Assembly: GCA_025454795.1 (NCBI GenBank)
Contig: JALONT010000009.1
Coordinates: forward strand, 8,827-72,826
From: Bacteroidales bacterium
GTDB lineage: Bacteria > Bacteroidota > Bacteroidia > Bacteroidales > VadinHA17
Length of the DNA stretch: 64,000 nt
Reading direction: 5' to 3'
In this document: in pieces, positions 34,472 through 43,009 of the stretch
Position numbering within the stretch: position 1 is the stretch's first letter
How the letters are laid out: every line of letters begins with the position of its first letter
Notes under the pieces: model-generated
The model's database searches: none
The model's input: the letters and a program-made list of their open reading frames with translations, nothing else
Told to the model about the DNA's origin: nothing
Program-made: the position numbers and the translations under genes

Positions 34472-36253
34472 ATGATAAATCTGAATATTAATAACCAGAG
34501 AATTTCGGTACAACCGGGAACGACAGTTCTTGATGCGGCTAAAAAACTAAAAATCAATATCCCGACTCTGTGCAACCACCCCGATCTTTGTGTTGCTGGT
34601 AACTGCAGAGTATGCGTTGTTGAACAGACCGGAGCAAAAACGCTTATTGCAGCATGCTCAATGCCTGTTTCAGAAGGTATGGATATCCATACTAATACTT
34701 TAAAAGTGAGGAATGCCCGGAAGCATATCGTTGAGCTTCTGCTTTCAGAACACAGGTCCGATTGTACGAAATGCTATAAAAACCAGAAGTGTGAGCTTCA
34801 GGCACTGGCTAATGAGTTTGCCTTTGGGGATACTATCTTCCTTGATCTTGTTGAAGACCATCATTATTCAATCGACAGATCCTCCCCGTCATTCATTAAA
34901 GACGACAGCAAATGTATCCATTGCCAGCGTTGTGTGCGTACATGCACTCAATTGCAGTATATTTCAGCCATTGCAGTCGCAAATAAAGGTGCCCATCAAA
35001 AGATATCTTCATTTCACGACAGACCTATGAGCCATGTTGTATGCACAAACTGCGGTCAGTGTGTCAACCGTTGTCCGACGGGAGCCCTTGTCGAAAAAAC
35101 ATATATTGACCAGGTATGGGATGCTATTTATGATCCTGCAAAACATGTTGTTGTTCAGACAGCTCCTGCTGTAAGGGTTGCCCTGGGAGAAGACCTTGGC
35201 TATGATCCGGGCGAAAGAGTTACAGGAAAATTGGTAACGGCTCTTCGTCAGCTTGGATTTGATTCAATTCTCGACACCGATTTCGCTGCAGACCTTACAA
35301 TTATGGAAGAGGGAACAGAGCTGCTTACAAGGCTTAAGAAAGTACTGGTTGATGGTGATAAAACAACTTCGATCCCGATGTTCACCTCCTGCTCACCAGG
35401 ATGGGTCAAATTTATTGAACACAAATATCCGGAGTTTCTTCCGAACCTTTCGACCTGCAAATCACCGCAACAGATGTTTGGAGCTCTAGCCAAAACATAT
35501 TTTGCGCAGAAAATGAAACTGGATCCGTCAAAGATTGTATCAGTTTCCATAATGCCCTGTATAGCAAAGAAATATGAAGCAGACAGGCCGGAAATGAGAT
35601 CAAGCGGATTCAAGGATATTGACTATGTTCTGACAACACGCGAACTTGCCGTTATGATAAAGCAGGCAGGACTCGACTTCAGGAATCTTGAACCATCAAA
35701 TTATGATTCAGTTATGGGAGATTCAACCGGTGCCGGAGTTATCTTTGGAGCCACAGGTGGAGTTATGGAGGCAGCACTCAGAACGGCTTATGAGATTGTC
35801 ACAGGTAGAGAAGTTCCATTCAAGAACCTGAATATCACTCCTGTGAGAGGGATGGAAGGAGTCAAGGAGGCAACTGTGAAGATTGAAGGTTGCACTGCAG
35901 ACTGGAAGTTTCTGGAAGGCGCAGAGCTTAAAGTTGCTATCGCACATGGGCTTGTGAATGCAAATAAGATCATGAAGCTGGTACGGCAGGGAAAATCACC
36001 ATATCACTTTGTCGAGATCATGGCTTGTCCGGGAGGGTGTATAGGTGGCGGAGGCCAGCCAATACCTACAAGTATGGAGATAAGGAAGAACCGTATGAAA
36101 GCGATTTACTCTGAGGATGAACATATGGTACTCCGCAAGTCCCATGAGAATCCTGATGTAATAGCTATCTACAAAGATTTCCTTGGTAAGCCCAACAGTC
36201 ATGTTTCCCATGAACTGTTGCATACCCATTACACTGAACGGGATAACTACTAG
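34472..36253 (+). CDS. hydA: [FeFe] hydrogenase catalytic subunit HydA (M3-type domain architecture)
   Basis: 593 aa. It has an N-terminal [2Fe-2S] domain, a His-ligated cluster (EHRSDCTKC), and two ferredoxin motifs (CIHCQRCVRTC, CTNCGQCVNRCP). H-cluster motifs are MPCIAKKYE and EIMACPGGCIGGGGQP. The first H-cluster motif reads TSCSPGW. Confidence 0.9.
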   Translation: MINLNINNQRISVQPGTTVLDAAKKLKINIPTLCNHPDLCVAGNCRVCVVEQTGAKTLIAACSMPVSEGMDIHTNTLKVRNARKHIVELLLSEHRSDCTKCYKNQKCELQALANEFAFGDTIFLDLVEDHHYSIDRSSPSFIKDDSKCIHCQRCVRTCTQLQYISAIAVANKGAHQKISSFHDRPMSHVVCTNCGQCVNRCPTGALVEKTYIDQVWDAIYDPAKHVVVQTAPAVRVALGEDLGYDPGERVTGKLVTALRQLGFDSILDTDFAADLTIMEEGTELLTRLKKVLVDGDKTTSIPMFTSCSPGWVKFIEHKYPEFLPNLSTCKSPQQMFGALAKTYFAQKMKLDPSKIVSVSIMPCIAKKYEADRPEMRSSGFKDIDYVLTTRELAVMIKQAGLDFRNLEPSNYDSVMGDSTGAGVIFGATGGVMEAALRTAYEIVTGREVPFKNLNITPVRGMEGVKEATVKIEGCTADWKFLEGAELKVAIAHGLVNANKIMKLVRQGKSPYHFVEIMACPGGCIGGGGQPIPTSMEIRKNRMKAIYSEDEHMVLRKSHENPDVIAIYKDFLGKPNSHVSHELLHTHYTERDNY

Positions 36254-36261
36254 AATAAAAA

Positions 36262-36300
36262 AGCCGCCCTTCGACTACGCTCAGGGCGGCTTTTCTATTT
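36262..36300 (+). terminator. Rho-independent terminator of the hydCBA operon
   Basis: 9-bp GC-rich stem AGCCGCCCT (36262..36270) / AGGGCGGCT (36283..36291) followed by TTTTCTATTTT. Confidence 0.75.
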
Positions 36301-36357
36301 TCTTTCTTATGTCTTTTGGTTATAAGACCTTGTTCATTTACCTCTTTGAACCACTGA

Positions 36358-36450
36358 GCCTTTGCGCCGTTGTTCCGTTGTGCCTTTTTGCCTTTGCGCC
36401 GCAAAGACTCTTCATAGCGTTTTGCCGTTATGCCTTTGTGCCTCTGTACC
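36358..36450. repeat. Cluster of GCCTTTGCGCC / CGCAAAG words
   Basis: GCCTTTGCGCC occurs at 36358 and 36390, and the palindrome CTTTGCG-C-CGCAAAG at 36392..36406. GCCTTTG variants follow and run into the 3' end of the flavoprotein gene. Confidence 0.7.
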
Positions 36451-37020
36451 GCTAAGCCTCTTCATCACCCACGCCATATTCTCCCCCAGAGTTTGCATAG
36501 TTTTCATACCTTCATCATCCTTAAGTACATCGCCCTTCTCCCTGCCGATCCCGATATTCCAGTAAGATGATCCGGGAATGATCATTTCATTTATCAGAAA
36601 GAAGTGGTTTATACTGTCAAATGCATGCATGGCTCCTGCACGCCTGACAGATATTACTGCAGCTCCCGGTTTACGCTTCAGAGGATTCCCGGCACCCCGG
36701 AGAGCGTAACCGGCAACATCGATCAGGGCTTTTGCTTCGGTCGATAGATCTGAAAAATAGGTTGGCGATCCTATAATAATTGCATCAGCTTTAAGCATCT
36801 TGCTGATACACTTATTAATGACTTCATTTTTCTGGTGACATTTACCGTCTTTTGCTTTCCGGCACTTCAGGCAGGCAATACAACCATTTACTTTTTTGCC
36901 TCCCAGCTGGAAAAACTCTGTCTTTATTCCGCTCTCTTCCAGAGATTTAAAGACTTCTTTTATAAGAAGTTCGGTGTTGCCTCCCTTCCTGGGACTGCAG
37001 TTTATTCCAAGTACTTTCAT
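36412..37020 (-). CDS. Flavodoxin-fold NADPH-dependent FMN reductase / iron-sulfur flavoprotein-like protein
   Basis: MKVLGINCSPRKGGNTELL N-terminus and a compact Cys cluster CIACLKC...C. The 3' end overlaps the repeat region, so the exact stop is less certain. Confidence 0.75.
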   Translation of the reverse strand: MKVLGINCSPRKGGNTELLIKEVFKSLEESGIKTEFFQLGGKKVNGCIACLKCRKAKDGKCHQKNEVINKCISKMLKADAIIIGSPTYFSDLSTEAKALIDVAGYALRGAGNPLKRKPGAAVISVRRAGAMHAFDSINHFFLINEMIIPGSSYWNIGIGREKGDVLKDDEGMKTMQTLGENMAWVMKRLSGTEAQRHNGKTL

Positions 37021-37061
37021 TATCTGTATTTTTGCGAATATAGATAATAAACCATTGTAAT

Positions 37062-37069
37062 TAACTTTG
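37062..37069 (+). promoter_or_regulatory. Candidate Bacteroidota -7 promoter box (TAACTTTG) for dinB
   Basis: Matches TAnnTTTG, 35 nt upstream of the dinB start. Confidence 0.3.
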
Positions 37070-37103
37070 CCCTGTTAACTTTAAGTACTTTGGGCACTAA
37101 GTT

Positions 37104-38171
37104 TTGAGAAAAATAATCCATATCGATATGGACGCCTTCTTTGCCTCAGTCGAACAACTCGATAATCCTGAGCTTAGAGGAAAACCGGTAGCTGTTGGCG
37201 GGAGCGGGGAGAGGCACGTTGTTGCTGCTGCAAGCTATGAAGCAAGGAAATTCGGAGTAAGGTCTGCAATGCCATCAGTTACAGCCAGAAAGCTGTGCCC
37301 GGAGCTGATATTTGTCAAACACCGGTTTGAAAGATATATTGAGATATCAGATCAGGTACTTGAGATATTCAGGGAGTATACTGATTTAGTTGAACCTCTT
37401 TCTATTGATGAGGCATTTCTTGATGTTACTACCGATAAGCCAGGGATAAGATCTGCAACAATTATTGCTGAGAAAATAAAGAAGGAGATAAAGAACAGGA
37501 CCGGACTCACAGCATCAGCAGGCATCTCTGTAAATAAATTTCTGGCTAAAATTGCATCCGACATTAAAAAGCCTGATGGACTGTTCGTTATACTTCCTGA
37601 GGATGCTGAGAAATTCATCGAAGACCTGCCTGTTGAGAAATTTTATGGAATTGGCAAGGTGACTGCCGAAAAGATGCATAAGCTGGGGATACATAAAGGA
37701 TACGATCTGAAAGGATGGGATTTACCTTCCCTGATGAGGAATTTCGGTAAAGCCGGAAAATTTTATTTCGACATTGTAAGGGGAATTGATGACCGTCCTG
37801 TTGAGACAGAATCAGAACGAAAGTCTGTCGGTACCGAACTGACGTATGAAAAAGACCTTACAACACGATTTGAGATCATAGCTGAGCTTTATAAAGTGGA
37901 AAAGGAACTGATGGAGAGGCTCAGCCATGCTGAAACAACCGGCAGGACAATTACTGTAAAAATTAAATTTTCGGACTTCAGACAGATTACACGGAGCAAG
38001 ACATTACAGAATTATATCCGTGATTTTGAGACACTTCATAAGGAAGTTTCCGAAATCAGGAAATTAATGAAACTGGAAGGAACAAAAATCAGACTTTTGG
38101 GAGTAACTATTTCAAACCTTGAATCTGATGATGATGACGACAGGCAACTTCAATTATTCGGAGAGTCATAA
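37104..38171 (+). CDS. dinB: DNA polymerase IV (Y-family)
   Basis: IIHIDMDAFFASVEQ, SIDEAFLDVT and the little-finger region. It uses a TTG start. Confidence 0.9.
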   Translation: MRKIIHIDMDAFFASVEQLDNPELRGKPVAVGGSGERHVVAAASYEARKFGVRSAMPSVTARKLCPELIFVKHRFERYIEISDQVLEIFREYTDLVEPLSIDEAFLDVTTDKPGIRSATIIAEKIKKEIKNRTGLTASAGISVNKFLAKIASDIKKPDGLFVILPEDAEKFIEDLPVEKFYGIGKVTAEKMHKLGIHKGYDLKGWDLPSLMRNFGKAGKFYFDIVRGIDDRPVETESERKSVGTELTYEKDLTTRFEIIAELYKVEKELMERLSHAETTGRTITVKIKFSDFRQITRSKTLQNYIRDFETLHKEVSEIRKLMKLEGTKIRLLGVTISNLESDDDDDRQLQLFGES

Positions 38172-38218
38172 AGTTACTATAACTAACATGTTTAACCACG
38201 GAGCTGTAAACTGTGAAA

Positions 38219-38302
38219 CATGATATTCAGTGGAACCACTGTTTAACTCCGTGTGACCCCCATGATATTCAGTGGAACCACTGTTTAACTCCGTGTGACC
38301 CC
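38219..38302. repeat. Perfect 42-bp tandem duplication
   Basis: CATGATATTCAGTGGAACCACTGTTTAACTCCGTGTGACCCC occurs twice back to back (38219..38260, 38261..38302). It is flanked by inverted AACCACGG (38194..38201) / CCGTGGTT (38301..38308). Confidence 0.95.
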
Positions 38303-38378
38303 GTGGTTTAAAATTATCTTAAATAAAAAAAAGCAAAAGACCAAGCCTTTTGCTTTTGAACAGGCCTGAAGATAATGA

Positions 38379-38624
38379 TCAGTCTTCGATCATATTCTGA
38401 GCCAAGTCAAGAATGGTTGTGTCATCAAATGTCACAATGCCGCCTCCTGGCCCCTGTTCAAAATGAATACCAACGCATTGTCCCTTGTCAAAGTTTCTCC
38501 CTCCGAAGTAGTTTCTTACTGTCTCTTCATTCAGATCGAGCTTGTCAGCGATCTTTCTCATACTACCGGAGGGCAACTGATCTTTTATCTTCCGGAGCTC
38601 ATTAAAAGTGATTGTTTTTGCCAT
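38379..38624 (-). CDS. Small HTH-type DNA-binding protein
   Basis: 81 aa. Putative HTH SMRKIADKLDLNEETVRNYF. I recall this as a conserved small Bacteroidota protein, but its function is unknown. Confidence 0.55.
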   Translation of the reverse strand: MAKTITFNELRKIKDQLPSGSMRKIADKLDLNEETVRNYFGGRNFDKGQCVGIHFEQGPGGGIVTFDDTTILDLAQNMIED

Positions 38625-38771
38625 GATTTATCTCCTTTTATGGTTAATATTTATTATCCACATCAAATTCAAAGATAATCATTAATATCAAATTTTAAAA
38701 ATGGTCATTTGACTCTTTTTACCAGGCTCCCTAACGCCTCCCACCGGAACGGGTCAAGGTATGAAGGGGGG

Positions 38772-39533
38772 TTACAATCTGCTCAGGAGTTCCAGGAACA
38801 ACTTAATAGCCTTACGTTTATCGTCATTAAGATCAAAACTCATGTTATGTGTAAGATAAATTCTGAGGTCTTCACCTCTTATTACACCACTTTTACCGTA
38901 TTTTTCAATTACAGCAGGGATATTTTCCAACCCGGTTCTTAAAGCGTCATTGAACTCACTGAGGAATTTCTCTTCAAGCACTATGTTTGATGTCCAGCAT
39001 GCAAATGCAAAAGGGAGTCCTGTAAATTTGTACCATTCTTCAGCCAGATCGATCCGGAATTTAAACCTGTTTTCATACTCAAAACACTGATCACCAATTA
39101 ATACGGCAGCTTCATATTCAGGCAAATTTATGAAATCGAAATTCTCTGAAGTACGGTTCCAAAAGAACTCTTTTTTCCATGAGTTTTTTGCCAGAATTCT
39201 CGCAAGGCTGACAGATGATCTTGATCTGTAATCGAGATTTATGGTCCTGATTTCTTCAAAAGGGTAATTGCTTAAAAGCATAACCGTTCTGACTTTGCCG
39301 TAAGCCCCCAGACAATAATCAGTTATTATATGATACTCTTTCATCATTGGAAGCGCTGCAACCGGTATAAGACCGATATCAACCCTGCCACTGATTAGTT
39401 TTGCTGCACAATCTGCCGGATGATCGGTAGAGAGCTCAACCTTTTTATCAAACCCGGTTTCAGACAACCCGTACATAAATGGATATGTATTGGCATATTT
39501 TACTGCTGAAACCCTTATTTTTCCTGGGTGCAT
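38772..39533 (-). CDS. mqnA: Chorismate dehydratase MqnA (futalosine pathway of menaquinone synthesis)
   Basis: 253 aa. N-terminus IRVSAVKYANTYPFMYGL and a periplasmic-binding-protein-like fold typical of MqnA/MqnD. MqnA is favoured over MqnD by the N-terminal pattern. Confidence 0.65.
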   Translation of the reverse strand: MHPGKIRVSAVKYANTYPFMYGLSETGFDKKVELSTDHPADCAAKLISGRVDIGLIPVAALPMMKEYHIITDYCLGAYGKVRTVMLLSNYPFEEIRTINLDYRSRSSVSLARILAKNSWKKEFFWNRTSENFDFINLPEYEAAVLIGDQCFEYENRFKFRIDLAEEWYKFTGLPFAFACWTSNIVLEEKFLSEFNDALRTGLENIPAVIEKYGKSGVIRGEDLRIYLTHNMSFDLNDDKRKAIKLFLELLSRL

Positions 39534-39597
39534 AAAAGATTTATCTCAGATATTAGTTAAAGGGTAAAATTCAGTTTTTTTACATCTTCTAAAATAC

Positions 39598-39605
39598 TAC
39601 TTTTG
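39598..39605 (+). promoter_or_regulatory. Candidate Bacteroidota -7 promoter box (TACTTTTG) for purB
   Basis: Matches TAnnTTTG, 43 nt upstream of the purB ATG. Confidence 0.35.
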
Positions 39606-39647
39606 TATATACCGTTATATACAACTGGAAACTCAAAAAAAATAAAA

Positions 39648-40991
39648 ATGGAAATAAATTCTCTAACTGCCATTTCTCCGCTTGACGGAAGGTACAGACA
39701 GAAGGTGAATGAACTGGATCTCTATTTTTCGGAGTTTGCGCTTATCAGGTACCGTCTGATAGTGGAAATAGAATATTTTATTGCTCTGTGCGATATTCCG
39801 CTTCCTCAGTTAAGTGATTTTAAGAAAGATAATTACAAGGAACTTCGTTCAATCTACGAAGACTTTGAAATACCGGATGCTGAGAAGATCAAGGAAAGAG
39901 AGAAGATCACCAACCACGATGTGAAGGCAATTGAATATTTCCTCAAGGAAAGGTTTTTTCATTCAGGCTGGGGTAAATGGAGCGAGTTTATTCATTTTGG
40001 CCTTACTTCCCAGGATATAAATAATACGGCTATTCCTTTATCGATGAAGGATGCCCTCATCAATGTATATTTCCCGTTGCTTTTTGAACTCAGGGAAGTC
40101 CTGGCAACCTTCGCCGATGAGTGGAAGGAGATCCCGATGCTTGCCAGGACCCATGGACAGCCTGCCTCTCCAACAAGGCTTGGAAAGGAAATGGCTGTTT
40201 TCATAGCCCGCATTGATGAACAATCCAAATACTTCGGACAGATTCCTTATTCAGCAAAATTCGGAGGTGCTAACGGAAACATGAATGCTCACAAAGCTGC
40301 ATATCCTGAAATCGATTGGATTTCATTCGCAAATAATTTTGTCAACGAAGATCTCGGATTACAGCGATCACAGCCCACAACTCAGATAGAGCATTATGAC
40401 AACCTTGCTGCATTATTTGATAATATGCGCAGGATCAATGTCATACTGATCGACCTTGCAAGAGATATCTGGACATATATATCAATGGATTATTTCAGGC
40501 AGAAGATCAAAAAAGGAGAGATTGGTTCTTCTGCAATGCCTCACAAAGTAAATCCAATAGATTTTGAGAACGGAGAAGGTAACCTGGGATTTGCAAACGC
40601 AATTTTCGGACACCTTTCGGAGAAGCTGCCTGTATCGAGACTTCAGCGGGACCTTACCGATTCAACTGTCCTTAGAAATATTGGTGTTCCGATAGGACAT
40701 TCAGTACTTGCCTTTAATTCAATACTCAAAGGTCTTAATAAGCTGATAGTCAATACTGAGAAAATAAAAAGCGACCTGGATTCCAACTGGGCGGTTGTTG
40801 CGGAGGCTTTACAGACAATCCTTAGAAGAGAAGGCTATACCAATCCTTATGAAGCTCTTCTCGATCTGACACGGACCAATCAAAAGATAACAAAAGATTC
40901 AATCCTTGGCTTTATAGAAACCCTTGATATAAGCGAAGCAGTGAAAGCCGAATTAAAAGCTGTCACTCCATTTAACTATACGGGCTTCTAA
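39648..40991 (+). CDS. purB: Adenylosuccinate lyase
   Basis: LTAISPLDGRY N-terminus, the fumarate-lyase signature GSSAMPHKVNP, and HFGLTSQDINNTA. I place the start at the internal ATG 39648. Confidence 0.9.
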   Translation: MEINSLTAISPLDGRYRQKVNELDLYFSEFALIRYRLIVEIEYFIALCDIPLPQLSDFKKDNYKELRSIYEDFEIPDAEKIKEREKITNHDVKAIEYFLKERFFHSGWGKWSEFIHFGLTSQDINNTAIPLSMKDALINVYFPLLFELREVLATFADEWKEIPMLARTHGQPASPTRLGKEMAVFIARIDEQSKYFGQIPYSAKFGGANGNMNAHKAAYPEIDWISFANNFVNEDLGLQRSQPTTQIEHYDNLAALFDNMRRINVILIDLARDIWTYISMDYFRQKIKKGEIGSSAMPHKVNPIDFENGEGNLGFANAIFGHLSEKLPVSRLQRDLTDSTVLRNIGVPIGHSVLAFNSILKGLNKLIVNTEKIKSDLDSNWAVVAEALQTILRREGYTNPYEALLDLTRTNQKITKDSILGFIETLDISEAVKAELKAVTPFNYTGF

Positions 40992-41004
40992 TATTACAAT
41001 TTTC

Positions 41005-42828
41005 ATGATGGACAAGATCAGGCTGCTGCTCAAATATATTCTGCCTTACAAATGGTCAGCAATAAAAAATATCTTCTATAATATACTGAGCGCTCTTTTT
41101 GCTCTTTTTTCATATACACTTGTCATACCTTTCCTTAATATCCTGTTTAACAGAGTTGCGATTGCAGTTTCACCTGGTGAATTCAGATTCACAATGGATT
41201 ATTTTAATGAGTTTGCCAGGTATTATTTATCTCTTTTTATTGATAAGAACGGTCCCGAAGGTGCACTTCTTCTGGTGAGCCTTGTATTTATTGTTGCCAG
41301 CATACTAAAAAACCTCTTCATTTTTCTTGCAAATAACAGTATGGCCTATATCAGAGCATCAACCGTTCGTGACCTGAGAAAAAAAATGTTTTTTAAGGTG
41401 CTCAGACTTCCCCTTTCATTCTTCACTGATGCAAGAAAAGGAGATCTGATGACAAGGATATCAAATGATGTTCAGGAGATAGAAATATCCGTAATGTCGT
41501 CATTGACAATGCTTTTCAGGGATCCGATTTATATAATGATATTTGTTGTATACCTGTTCATAACAAGTTACCAGCTTACATTGTTTGCCCTTATTCTATT
41601 ACCAATAAGCGGATGGCTCATTGGCCGAGCCAGCAAGACCCTTCGCTCATCTTCTCTCCTTGGACAACAAAACCTGGGAAGACTTCTTTCAATAGTGGAG
41701 GAAACACTGTCAGGGCTAAGGATCATTAAAGGCTTTAATGCTGAGAAAAAGATGAAGGCGCAATTTGGTACCTCTAATGATATGTATTCCAAAATTTTTA
41801 AAAGAGTAATCCGTAAATCATATCTTGCATCTCCGCTCAGCGAAGTTCTTGCCTCTATTGTTGTTATTGTTCTGATGTATATCGGAGGATTACTGGCACT
41901 GCAAGGTGATGGCCATATGACTTCTGATAAACTTATAGCCTTCGTTCTTGTTTTTTCCCAGATAATTCAACCTGCAAAAAACATAACAACTTCCTGGTTC
42001 AGCATTCAGAAAGGTATGGCATCAATTGACAGGATCGATCAGATACTGGAAGCTGAGGAAAAAATCACTGAGAAGGAAAACGCACTGCCGGTTAAAGAGT
42101 TTTCTGATTCAATAGAATTTAAAGGCGTCTGGTATGCATACAACAGTGAACCTGTCCTGAAAGATATAAACCTTAAAATTAAAAAGGGACAGACGGTAGC
42201 CATTGTAGGCAAATCAGGTGCAGGCAAGTCAACCCTTGCCGACCTTCTTCCCAGGTTCATTGATCCCGACAAAGGGAGTATCCTCATAGATGGAACTGAT
42301 GTGCGGGACCTGAAATTATCTGACCTCAGGTATCTGATGGGAATCGTAAGTCAGCATCCCATTCTTTTCAATACGACCTTCACTGAAAATATCGCATTTG
42401 GTGTTGATGTGCCTGAAGCTAAATATGTTGAAAATGCAGCCAGGATTGCAAATGCTCACGAATTTATAATGGAAACCGAGCAAGGATATGAAAATAGTGT
42501 CGGGGAATCAGGAAATAAACTCAGCGGCGGTCAGCGGCAACGGATAAGCATCGCCAGGGCGATAATGGCAAATCCTCCTATCCTGATCCTCGACGAGGCA
42601 ACATCTGCCCTGGATACCGAGTCGGAGCGGCTTGTTCAGGATGCAATAGTGAAGCTTATGCAGAACAGAACATCAATTGTCATTGCTCACCGACTTTCCA
42701 CAATACAGAACGCGGATATAATAGTGGTACTTGACGAAGGCATGATTGTTGAGACTGGAACACATACTGAACTGATGAATAAAAAAGACGGATTCTATGC
42801 AAAGCTCCATAGCTTCCAGGCGATTTGA
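41005..42828 (+). CDS. ABC transporter, fused permease/ATPase (MsbA-like lipid exporter family)
   Basis: 607 aa. Six-TM exporter domain, then Walker A GKSGAGKST, signature LSGGQRQR and Walker B ILILDEATS. Confidence 0.85.
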   Translation: MMDKIRLLLKYILPYKWSAIKNIFYNILSALFALFSYTLVIPFLNILFNRVAIAVSPGEFRFTMDYFNEFARYYLSLFIDKNGPEGALLLVSLVFIVASILKNLFIFLANNSMAYIRASTVRDLRKKMFFKVLRLPLSFFTDARKGDLMTRISNDVQEIEISVMSSLTMLFRDPIYIMIFVVYLFITSYQLTLFALILLPISGWLIGRASKTLRSSSLLGQQNLGRLLSIVEETLSGLRIIKGFNAEKKMKAQFGTSNDMYSKIFKRVIRKSYLASPLSEVLASIVVIVLMYIGGLLALQGDGHMTSDKLIAFVLVFSQIIQPAKNITTSWFSIQKGMASIDRIDQILEAEEKITEKENALPVKEFSDSIEFKGVWYAYNSEPVLKDINLKIKKGQTVAIVGKSGAGKSTLADLLPRFIDPDKGSILIDGTDVRDLKLSDLRYLMGIVSQHPILFNTTFTENIAFGVDVPEAKYVENAARIANAHEFIMETEQGYENSVGESGNKLSGGQRQRISIARAIMANPPILILDEATSALDTESERLVQDAIVKLMQNRTSIVIAHRLSTIQNADIIVVLDEGMIVETGTHTELMNKKDGFYAKLHSFQAI

Positions 42829-42830
42829 AA

Positions 42831-42926
42831 AGGTTGAAGAAGTTGAAGAGAGTTGAAGGGAGTTGAAGAAGAATAGAACTTGAGAGTGGGAGAATGGGAG
42901 AGCGGGAGAGCGGGAGAGCGGGAGAA
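42831..42926. repeat. Two adjacent arrays: 10-bp GTTGAAGRRR x4 and 8-bp GAGAGCGG-type x5.5
   Basis: Read directly (42831..42870 and 42881..42926). An ACTCCGTG/CGTGT word cluster follows at 42955..42985. Confidence 0.9.
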
Positions 42927-43009
42927 CTTAATATGAAATATGAACTACTCCGTGAAACTTCGTGTAACCCCGTGTTTATATTTTTAAATAAATATCAAAT
43001 AATTTACAG

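Noticed and set aside
36165-36565. Short ORFs on both strands (79, 90 and 67 aa) between hydA and the flavoprotein gene
   Set aside because: They span the terminator hairpin and the GCCTTTGCGCC repeat cluster. Their composition is repeat-derived and they match no family.
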